Source of the DNA: Beijerinckiaceae bacterium
Lineage (GTDB): Bacteria > Pseudomonadota > Alphaproteobacteria > Rhizobiales > Beijerinckiaceae
Reading direction: 5' to 3'
Assembly: GCA_037446355.1 (NCBI GenBank)
Contig: JBBIIT010000003.1
Span: 22,751-86,750 of the forward strand
Length of the DNA stretch: 64,000 bases
How positions within the stretch are numbered: position 1 is the stretch's first letter; each line of letters starts with the position of its first letter. The position numbers were made by a program, and so were the translations under genes. Under the pieces are notes generated by a model. That model was not told the origin of the DNA, made no database searches, and saw only the letters and a program-made list of their open reading frames with translations. Below are positions 24,098 through 36,000 of the stretch, in pieces.

Positions 24098-27000
24098 ATG
24101 GCTTTTCCGTTTCAGTCCGAGGGTTTGTTTGGACGCCCCAAGCGACCGACTCCAAGGAAGCCACGCAGCCGCTGGACGCCTCTGCACTGGTTCTGGCGCG
24201 ATGGACCGCGCGCCGCCCGCGCGCGCGCGAGTCGCGGCCGCCTAGCTTTCACGCCTCTCGAACCGCGTTTGCTGCTCAACGCGGACGTGCTCGCCATCAA
24301 TCTGACGCACGATCTAGGCGCGCCGCCGGTCGACCACTCGTTGATCGTTCAGTTGGTGCACGAGACCGAAAAGGTCAACAACCAAGCCGTCAACGTCCAG
24401 CGTGTCCAGATCGTCGACCAGAACAACGGCGCAGTGCTCGCCTTTGGCGATCTTGCCGCGATTTCCGCGGTTTCCATACACGACTCCGGCGCTGGCGCGG
24501 ATACGCTGACGATTGACGCGAATTCGTTCAAAGGTCTGGCGGCGCCGAAAATCTCGTTCGACGGCGGTTCGGGCCAAAGCCACATCGTCTTCGACAACTC
24601 GAGTCAAACGGATTGGACGCTGACCGGCGCCAATGCGGGCGTCGTCAGCGGCGACGGCGTGAGCCTGGCGTTCCAGGGCGCCGCCAATTTGACGGGCGGC
24701 GTCAACAACGCCGACATCCTGACCATAGACAAGGGCGGGACGTTGTCGGGGATCTTCGACGGCGGCGCGGGCGGCCACAATTCGCTCGTATTCGACAATG
24801 GGCCGCACACGACAGTCGCTTCGTCGGTCGGCCCGACCGGGCGGACGATCACGCTCGACGGTCAGTCACTCACTTATCTGAACGTCGATTCGACCAACGT
24901 TGGCGATCCCGCACTGCTCGACCTCAGCGCGAGCACGAATCTGAATCTCGAAGTGGCGCAGAGCGGCGCCAATCTGCATGTTTTCGGCGTCAATGGGTCC
25001 ACCTATGACATGACGCTGGCCCCCACGGCGGGTCAGGCGTTCGAGCTCAAGCTCGGTTCCGGCGATACGCTCAAGGTCGATGCGATCGATTTCGGCTCCA
25101 TCGCCTCAGGGACCGCGTTCAACATCGACGGCGCGGGCGCATCGATCGAGTTCGCGGGAAATTTGACCGACAATTCGGGCGTATCCGCTTCGGTCAGCGC
25201 TTCCGACACCAGCTCCATTACGACCGATATCGCCAGCGAAAGCCTGGCCCCTTCGGCCCAGAACGCTTCGATCACCCTCGATCAGGGCTACACGATCAGC
25301 GCCAGCACGATTTCGCTGAGCGCAAATTCGTCGGCGAGCGAGACGATTTCGAACATCAATTTGACGTCGCATCTCGTCACGAGCGCGACGATCAGCACGA
25401 CCAACAGCGCCCAGATCACTATCAACGGAACGTTGAGTTCAACGGGCGCCGTGTCTCTCGTCTCCAATGTCAATGTCAACGATTCCATAGCGAACAGCAG
25501 CGGCACGCTGATCCACTCGACGACGATCACGGCCAAAAACACTTCGTCGGTGACATTCGGATCCGCCTCCGTCGTGTCAGCGGGCACGCTCGATGCGGAA
25601 GCCAACACCAACGTGTCGGCGTCGATCAGCGTCCAGAGCATTGGCGCCGGGGTCATCCCCGGCTTCGTCCCCGCCTCGCTCCTCGGCGTCGCCGTTCAAG
25701 TCTCCATCGGCATCACCAATCAAACCACCGTCACGTTGGCCCCTGGCGGCGCCATCACGGTCGGTTCAGGGTCGATTTCGACCGCCAAACCGGTTGCAGC
25801 CTATATCGCCGCCACCGATGTCACCAACCTTTCGACCACGCTCTCTCTCGACGATCCCGCGTCGTTGCCGGTCGTCGGCAATGTCCTGGTGTTCAGCGCC
25901 CTCGATAGCGCGGACACGCTTTCGCGTACGACTGCGGTCGACGTCGGAAATCTGAGCGCCACCGCCGCGCCGTTATCGTCGGCGACTGCGGCGCTTTCGT
26001 CGTCCGGCGGCGATTTCTCGCTCGACACCACCAACAGCGGCGCGGTCGTGAATAATGAAACGTCCACGGGTCTGGGAACCGTGGAGATCAATGCGCCCGC
26101 GGACTCTGCGACAGTCGAAGTCTCCGGCGTCAATGTGAACGCCGGCGGTCTATCGGAGACGTCTCTCAGCAACACCAGCTACTCCGAGCTTGGCCATCTG
26201 GCGGCCATTTCGGTCGGCGGCCAAACGGAGGCGATCCTTCAATATGACGGCGTCACCGTCGGCGCCGACGGACTGGTCGTCTCCACCGAAGACGATTCCT
26301 CGATGACCGCGTCGTCGGTAGCGCCGAGTTTCGATCCGAACACGACGACCGAATCGGGCTCGTCGACCTCGGGCACGCAGATCGCGGTCAATCGAACCAC
26401 TTCCGTGATCTCCTACAATAAGGACACGGTCGCGATCATCCTGGGTTCCACGGTCAATTCGGGCGGCTCCGTTCGGGTTCAGGCCGTCGACAATGTCTCC
26501 ATTTCTTCGGACGCCGTGATGGCGGCGAACGCGACCTCGAGCGGCAGCGCGTCGGTCTCGGGAGGCGGCGCGCTTGCGGCCAATCTAATCAACGGGGCTA
26601 TCTCCGCCTCGATCGAGAGTTCCTCGGTCACGACGACTGGGACCGGCGACGTTCGGGTCTTGGCAGGCGATTCATCGACGATCGCGTCACGCGCGGAGAC
26701 GAGCGCGTCCGCGACCGGAACCTCGACCGCCGCGGGCGTCGCGGGAACCGTATCGCTTAACGCAGTCGGCTGGACCTTCGGGACCGGCGCCGCGGACCTG
26801 CTCGGCGCGGCTCTCGGCACAGTGCTCGGCACAAACAGTTTCTGGACCGACAACGCTCCGACCGACATCACCGCGGCGGGCAACAAGGCGAACGTTGTCG
26901 CCAAGATCACCGATTCGACCGTCGCCGCCGCCGGCGCTCTGCTCGTTCAGGCCGTGGCCGCGAGCGCGATCAACTCCACGATCACCAATGTTTCGCAGGC

Positions 27001-30000
27001 CACGGCTACCGCGAGCGGCAACGGCGTCGCCGTCGCGGTCGGCGGCGTCGCAGCGTCCAATCGGGTCAGTCGCGCCGCCACCGCGTTTCTCAAGAACGTA
27101 ACTCCGACATCCATCGGCGGCTCAATAGCAAGCGGCGCGATCTCGGTGTCCGCGCAGAACAATTCCTCGGTCACGTCGAATTCTTCGCTGGTTACCTCGG
27201 CGGTGGCGACGACCGCAGGCGCCAAGACCACATACGTATCCACGGACAAGCCAGGCAACGCCAGCAGTTCGACGACAGCGTTGCAGCCGACGACTACGCT
27301 CAATTTCGGGGACACCGTTCTTTACAAGGCGACTTATTCCACCGCAAATCTGTTCGGAACGAGCGTTCCGAAGAAGGAGACCGTCAATCCCGGGGACAGC
27401 GTCTTCATTGCGCCAGGCTATCCCAGCGCCAAAGGCGTGGCCGATCAAGTCTATGTGTATATCGGGTCGAAACCGGAAACCATCGATCTGGAACAAGAGG
27501 ACTACACCGTCACCACGAACTGGAAGCCGGTGTCCGTCGTCAATGGCGCGGTTTACAAGTTCATGGGGCCCGCCAACACCAACGTCGCCCTTTCGACCGG
27601 GGATCTGTTTGACAGTACCGGCAAAGCGATTTCGACGATCACGCCCGATTACTACGACCTCGGTTATTGGCAGAAAGTTCCAAAAGCCGAGCTGACACCG
27701 AGCACCGATGACAAAGGCCACACAACCAGCGGCTCGGCGAGTGGCGCGGCCGTCGGCGGTATCGTCGTACTCAATGAAGTTCATGGCGGCGCCTACGCGA
27801 TCGTGACAAATTCGACCGTCACCGGCGGCTCGCTCGCCGTTTCGGCGATCGACAACGAAACGATCAACGCGACGATCGACGCGACCGCCACCGCGAGCGG
27901 CGGCTCGTCTTTCAATAAGACCGGCGGCGGCAGCTCGGGAACCACGCTCGCCATTAACGGCTCGGTCGCGATCAACGAAATTCTCGGCAATGCCGACGCG
28001 CATGTTCTCGACAGCGCGGTTACGACGAATTCCGGCGACGACAGCATCACGGCGACCAACGAGTCCGACATCACGGCTTCGACCGCGAGCGCGGTGTCGG
28101 CAAGTTCCTCGGGCGGAACCACCGTGGCCGTCGGCGTGATCATGGCCGACAATACGATCGGTGCGGCGTTCCAGAACTTGCTGGCCTCGACGGTCGATAC
28201 GATCGCCGGCGGCGGCGTACTGGGGTCGCAGGCGCCGACCGTCACCACGGCCTATCTCCAGGACTCGTCGGTCTCCGCTACCCACGGCGGGCTGAACGTC
28301 GCCGCGAGTTCGACGGAAAACGTCAACGCGACAGTGACCAACGCGACGACCGCTGACGTGGAGCCGGCCGACGGCAGCAAGAGTTTCGGCGCCGCCGCGG
28401 TGTTCACCGACAACCAAATTCTGACGGGCGTCACCGCCTACATCGATCTGGCCGCGGCCGCGGTCGGCGCGCAGGTGGCGGTGGACGGGGCGCTGGCCGT
28501 CGGGGCGACGGACAACGCGACGATCACCACCGCGTCGACGATGACCGCGCTCGGAACTCAGGCCGCGAGCGGTCCCGCGAACGACTATGCCACCCTCGCC
28601 AAGAGCAGCTACAAGTTCACCAATCTTTCGGGCTCACAGACGCTTAATTTTGGCGATCAGGTCGCTGTCCAGCAGGCCGACGGAACGATCATCGTCTATC
28701 GCTATATGGGCGTCACCGCGACGGGCGTCGATCTTGGCAGCCTCACCACCGATACGACGGCCAAGCACTACACGGACCTTGAATACTGGAAGCCGCTTTC
28801 CGCCGATCAACTCAAGCAGGAGGCTGAAGCCAAGTCCGCCAATCCGACCACGGGAACCGCGCCAGGCGAGAGCGTCAGCCACGACAGCAACAATACCGAG
28901 TTCGGCTCCGCCAGTCTTTATGTGCTGTTCGATTACAACAACGTGGCAAGTTCGACGACCGCCTACATCAACAAGGCGACGGTGACAGGCGGTTCCGTGG
29001 CGGTGAACGCCAGCGACACGGCCACGATTTCAGCGACCGACGGCAGCGTGGTGACCACGGGCGCGGGCGGTTTTGGCGCCGGCGGCGTCGTCGCGACCAA
29101 CCATGTCACGGGTTCGTCGACGGCCTATATCGAAGCCTCCACTGTTGCGGCGACGGCGGGCGCGGTGGCGCTCGACGCCGAGAACACCTCGACCATCACC
29201 GCGACCGAAACGACCGCGCTCACCGCGGACGGCAGCGCCGTCACGGTGGAAGCCGCCTTCAACGTCATCGGATGGAGCGGCGACAATTTCGGCTCGCTCG
29301 CGCTGTCGACTTTGATCGGAACCGACAGCCTTCTCGGCACGGCGTCCCCCGACAACACGCAAGCCTATATCGACGGCGCTTCGGGCGTGACCGCTTCGGG
29401 CGACGTCACGGTCGTCGCCAACGGCAAGGCGACGATCAACTCCACCGTGGGCGACCAAGCCGCGGCGGGCAATGGCGACGCGACGTCCACGCTCAACGTC
29501 GGCGGCGTGCTGGCGACCAACAAGATCAATACGGCGACGCAGGCCTATATCGGCACGGCGCCGAGCGCGCTGGCGACGGCGACGACGCTCGATACGTCCT
29601 CGGCCACGGCGACCGGCGGAACCGTAAAGGTCGCTGCGACGGACAGCCCTACGCTCACCGCGACGTCCACCATCACCCTCAGTGCGACAGCCTCCACCGG
29701 CGGCGTCGCCGCCGCGCTGTCGGGCGATTACAAATATACCGACAAGTCGGGCACGCAGACCGTCAAGAAGGACGATCAGGTCTACACTTACGACTCGGCC
29801 ACGAGTACGGCGACGGTTTACACTTACGTCGGCAATTCAAGCACCCCGAGCGCGGGCGATTCCGTCGACCTGGGCGCGACAAGTTATACCAGCTCCCTGT
29901 GGAAGAAGTCGGGCTCCGGCGCGCCCGCGGCCGACGCCTCGAAGGCGGAAGCCAAGGCGGTCGGCGCGGTCTTCGTTCTCAACGACGTGCGCGGACTTGC

Positions 30001-33000
30001 GGACGCGACGATCGCGGTGGCGCCGGGCGCCGCCAGCGGTAGCGGCCTCGTCACCGGCGGGACTGGGATCAGCGTCACCGCCAACGAGGCGGCGTCGATC
30101 ACCGCCGACACCGAGAGCAACCTGACTTCAACGGGCGGCGGCAATGGGACCGCCACCACCACCGCCAATCAGACGACGCAACCGGCGGAGCCGACCGGCA
30201 ACCCGAGCACCACCACCCAGCCCGGGGGCGGTCTGGCGCTCGGCGGCGCGATCGACACTAATCTCGTGCTCGGGAACGCGCAGGCCTCGATCCAAGGCGC
30301 CACGCTGAGCGCGGGCGCGAGCGGAGTCATCGTCAACGCGCAGGACACCGCGCAACTCGACGCCACCACTCTCGTAGCTTCTTCCACTGGCGGCGCGGGC
30401 TCCCAGGGCGCCTACGATCTCTCGATCGCGTTCAACTCAATCGGTTACGCGCCCGAGAACTTCTTGTTCAACGCGGTCGATGCTCTGGTCGGCGGCGCCT
30501 ATCTGGCGTCCGCGACGCCCGACAACGCGACCGCCTATCTCAAGGGCGTGACCGTCACCAGTGACTCGGGCGCGCTCAGCGTGACCGCGCAGAGTAACGA
30601 ACAGGTCAACGCGACAGTCAGCAACGCCGCGGGCGCGACGACATCGGCCCTTTCCGAAGCCTCAAGCACCGGCTTTGGCGGAGTATTCGCGTCAAACAAA
30701 GTCGATGGCAGCGCGATCGCCTATATCGACGAAACCGGCGTCAGCAAGCCGATCGCGGCGACCGGCGCCCTCGTTGTATCGGCGACCGACGGCTCCGGCG
30801 TCTTTTCGAACGTCAAGCTGGTCTCCAGCGCCATCGTCACCCCGGACGGCGGCACGGGCGCGCTCGACGCCAAGCTGAACGGCTCGAATGGCGCCTCGTT
30901 CAACACCGCGCCGACCGGCGGCGGCGTCAATAACAACCAGAACCTCGTGTTCGGCGCGACGGTGCTGGTCGGGGCGGGTTACGACACGCCGGACTATACA
31001 ATCGGCGCGCCCGGCGTCGGCACGGTCACGCTGAAGACCGGCGACGTCGTCGCCGACGGAGCGGTGTTCTATCGCTACACCGGCACGGGCAAGTCCGAGA
31101 ATCTCGCCACCGATCCAGGCCTCGCGACCGATCCCGATTTTTCGGTGATCGGCGGGCAGGAAGGCGCGACCTACCAATACATGGGACCGCCGGCCTCGAC
31201 CGGCTACACCGGCAAGACCTACGATCTCAACAACACCGACTACACCGATCTTGCGTTCTGGAAGCTTGTGCCGCTGACGAACGTCGTGCCCAGCGGATTG
31301 AAGACCCCGGCCCCCGGCTCGACGACGACCGCCGCGACCGGCGGCGCCGAGAAGGACGGAACGGCCTCCAACGATTCCAGCGGCAACGCCAAGCCGTCGC
31401 AGGCGACGGCGGTCGGCGGAATCCTCGTCTTGAACGACGTTCGTTCCGCGACTCAGGCCTACATCCTGAACGCGACCATCAGCGCTGATTCCGCGACGGT
31501 GAGCGCGCTCGATCAGGCGACGATCACCGCGACCAACGACAGCACTGTCGTGGCGCAGACCAGCACGCTCGGAAGCGGGTCCAATCTCGCCCTCAACGGC
31601 ATCATCGCGACAAATCTGATCCAGAACTCCGCCGATGCGCATGTCGAGACCAGCAGTCTGACGGCGAGCAACCCGGCGACGCCCGTGGCGGGAAGCCCCA
31701 ATGCTCCGGTAGAGTTGACGATCAACGCGGAGAACGACGCCAGCATCAACGCGATCAACGACGCGCAGACTTCCGGCGGCGGCAAGGCGGCGGGCATCGT
31801 GCTCGCGTTCAACACCATCGGTTATCAGTCGAGCAATTTCCTGTTCAACGCGGTCGACGGGCTGCTGGGTAGCAACATCCTCGCGTTCGGCAAGAGCCCG
31901 CTTTCCAACGTGACGGCCTATGCCGACGCCTCGACCCTCGATGCGACCCATGGCGGCGTCTCGGTCACCGCGAGCCTGACCGCCAAGATCAATGCGTTGA
32001 CGACCAATCTGACATCGTCGCTCGGCGCCGCGCTCGAGAACGCCAGCAGCGTCGCGGTCGGCGGCATCATCGCCACCAACGAGACGAATACATCCGCCAA
32101 CGCCTACATTAGCGGGGGCTCGGCGACGGCGGGCGGCGATATCACGATCAACGGGTCGGATCGTTCGCGCATTATCGCCAACGACCAGCAGGTCGTCTCG
32201 TCGACGCTCCAGGATACGGGAACATCGAACAGCAATGTGCTCAGCAATTACGCGAGCCAGATCAAGCAGGGCTACCAGTACACCGCGCAGTCCGGGGTGC
32301 AGTCGATCGCCCCCGGCACGATCGTCTACGACAATCACAACCAGAAATATTATGTATTCCTGGGGTCGGTGACCAACACGACGCAGGCGCCGGAATCCGT
32401 CGATCTCGGGACCACCGACTACACGAACTCCAACCCGGCCGCGCACGGAAATGTGCCGCTGTGGGCCGAGTTCACCAATTCGGTGCTGCTCACCGCGCTG
32501 CCCGATTTCACGACCGTCAAACAGGCGGGCGATCAAGGCACTGGCTCCTCCTCGACCGCCGTCGGCGCGATCTTCGTGCTGAACGCGATCACCAGCGTGG
32601 TCAACGCCTACGAGGACAGCGCCGTTCTGACGAGTGGTTCGGGCGCAGCCGCCGGGGCTTTCGGCGGTCAGATCGCGATCGGGGCATCCAATTCCAGCGC
32701 CGTCAACGCGACCAATTCGAGCACGACGACCGCCTCGAATGGCAAGTCGGGCCCGACGACCACTTCGCCCGGTTCAGGGTTGGCGATCAACGGCATCATC
32801 GCGACCAACAATATCCTCGGCGGCACGGTCGCTTATGCGCACAAGGGATCCGTGACGGCGAGCGGCACGGGCGGATCGGTCAATGTCTCGGCGACCTCCA
32901 ACGCCGCGATCGACGCCGAGAACACAGCCTCCACTGACGCCAAGACCGATTCTGTCGGGGTCGTGCTCGCGTTCAACACCATCGGCATTGCGATGCCAGT

Positions 33001-36000
33001 GGCGGGCTTCCTCGAGAACACGGTCGACGCGTTGTTCGGAACCAGCCTCGCCGGCGAGCAGCCCGACCTGGTTCACGCCTATATCGACAGCGTCCCTGTC
33101 GTGGCCTCCGCGGGGGTCGCCGTTCAGTCGAACGAGACTTCGAGCATAACGGCGAAGATCAACAACGCCGAGACGGGCCTGTTCACCTCGGGGGTCAGCG
33201 TCGGCGCGACCGTCACGCTCAACCGCATCGCGAACGATGTCGGCGCGTGGATCACCGGCGGCAGCATTCACGCCAGCAAGGGCGACATCGACGTCGGGTC
33301 GCAGGACCAGGCTACGATCGCGTCGACGGTGCTGACGCCCATCGTCAAGCTCGCGGCGAGTTTCAGCAAAAGTTCGACAAACACGAATGCCACGACTGTC
33401 GGCGTCAGCATCGCGCGCAACATCATCGAAAACACGGTGTCCGCGGCAGCGGGCACAGCGGCCGGCGGCACGACCCTCACGGCCGACGACGGCAACATAG
33501 CGATCACCGCCAATCAGATGGCCTCGATCACAGCGACTTCCGCCTCCGCGGCGGTGAGCCTCGGCGTCACCACGAGCGGCAATTCGGGCGCCTTCGCAGG
33601 CGGCGGCGCCGTCGCCATAAATACGATACTCGGCGGCGTCACCGCGTCCTCCTTGAATTCCGCCCTCACCGCGACGACTGTCGATCCGAGCACGGGCGCG
33701 ATAACGGTTTCCGCGACCTATGGCGGGAGCATAACGTCGATCGTCGCCGCCTTGGCCGTCGCGCTCAGCGTTAGCGACGGCGCGGCCGATGCGGTCGCGA
33801 TCGGCGCCGCGGTTTCGCTTAATCTGATTGGTTGGCGCGGCACCGTTGCGGACGAAACGCAAGATTCTCATAACCCGATCACGCTCTCGGCCGACGTCAA
33901 TGGCGGCTCGCTGACATCTGGCGCCGCCGCCACCGTCGCCTCAACTTCCAGCGCCACCATTCAGGCCACGACTCTGGCCGCGGCGGTCGCGATCAGCGCC
34001 TCGACCAGCGGCGGCTCCAACAGTGGGCAGGAAAGCACCGCCGGCAATAGCCCGACCGACGCCAACACCGAAGGCAAGGGCTCGGTCACGAACGCTTCCG
34101 GCGGCAAGTCGGCGACGGATCTTGGCAGCGCCAACGGCACGACGGTCAACGAAGGTTCCGATGTCGCGGGCGGCGCCGAAACCAATCAGGGCGAAAAGGG
34201 CGGCGCCGCGGCGGGCCAGGCGGGGAACACTGCCAGTTCTGAGTCCGGCGCGAGCAAGGGCAGTTCCACCAGCCTCGCGACGGGCCTGGGCGCCGGCGGT
34301 GGCATTCTGGTGGGATTGGGAGGCGTCGTTTCTTCCGCCAAATCTGGCGGTTCCGCGCCCGGGCCGACCTTCACGACGACCGACGCGACTTTGCCGACCG
34401 ACGTGCAGTCCGTGAGCAACGGCAACACGGTCCAGCTATCTTCCAGTTACGATACCGCCAAGTTCAGCGTCGGCACGGATACCTCGCCGAAGAATGGCAG
34501 CGGCAACAGCACTGGCGGACAAGGCAGCAACACCAATTCGACCGTGAATCCCGGCGACGTGGTCGACGACAGCGGAACTTTATACCGCTACGTCGGTCCG
34601 ACAGCGTTGACGGGCGTCGATTTCGAAGTGGGCGCGACGCCGCCTGATTTCACTTCGACGACGAATGGCGTTGCGAATTGGGTCAAAATCGGCGGCACGA
34701 CCGGCCATACCTATCAATATATTGGCGCCACGAACGGCTCGCTCGACCTCAACAATCAGGATTACACCGACGCGACGCTCTGGAGCGACATCACCGGCGG
34801 CAACAGCGCGGGCGGCTCCGGCACGACCAGCGCGCCTTCGGGTGCGACGCCCTCACTCGGCTCGGGCCTCGGATTCCTCAGCGGCGGCTCGGGCGCCACC
34901 AGCACGCCGCAGACGCCGGCCGGAGCGACCAATCCCTCGTCGGAATCCAACCCGTCGGAACCGGCGACCAGCACGACCTCGACCGAAGATCAATCGACCC
35001 AAAGCAAGGAGAGCAAGAACTCCTCCTCGCTGAGCTTCACGGGCGCCGGCGTCTATACCGAGAACAAGATCGCCACGACGATTTCGTCGACGATCGAGAA
35101 CACGACCAAGATCACAACGGGCTCGGGCGCCAAAGCCGGTCTCAGCGTCACCGCGGCGGATAGTGCGCACATCACCTCGCTCGATGGAGCGGCGGCGATC
35201 TCCGCCAACTTCTCATCGAGTTCCAACAGCAACACGATTTCGATTGGCATCGGCATCGCGCGCAACACGATTCAGGACTCCGTCACCGCCAGCGTCACCA
35301 GCGCCGGGTCGATCGTCGCTCCGAATGCCCCGATCACGATTTCGGCGACGCAGAGCGCCGACATCGAGGCGACTTCGGTCGCCGCTTCGCTGGCGATCAG
35401 CGCCAGCACGAAGGACGCGACCTCCGTCGCCGGCGGCGGCTCGCTCGCGGACAATCTGATCGGCGTCAAGACCGACGCGAGCCTCGACAGCACCGCGGTC
35501 GGCGCCGCCGGAAATTCCACCGGGGCGCTCGACGTCACCGCAAGCGACACGTCGACGATCCACGCCATCGTCGCGGCCGCGTCGGCGGCGGTTTCATTCT
35601 CGAGCCAGAATGCGAACGCCGTCGGCATCGGCGCTTCGCTCGCACACAACCGCATCGGCGACGGCGCTGATACGGGTGGCGGCGAAGTCCTGGCCTCGAT
35701 CACGAATTCGCCCGTCCACAGCGGCGCGATCGATGTCAACGCGACTTCGCACCAGTCGATCGAAGCGCAGGTCATCGGCGCCGCGGTGGCGGTCTCCGGC
35801 GCCAGCGACGAGGCGACGGGTTTCACAGGCGCCGGCGCGTTCGCTTTCAACGAAATCGCCGTCACCGTCGGCGCCAAGATCGACGGCGGCGCCGCGAACA
35901 CGACCAACGTCGTCGATTCGGCGGGCGTGACGGTCGAGGCCTACGACACCTCCTCGATCAACGCGACCGTGTTCGCGGGCTCGGTCGCGGGCGCGTTCTC

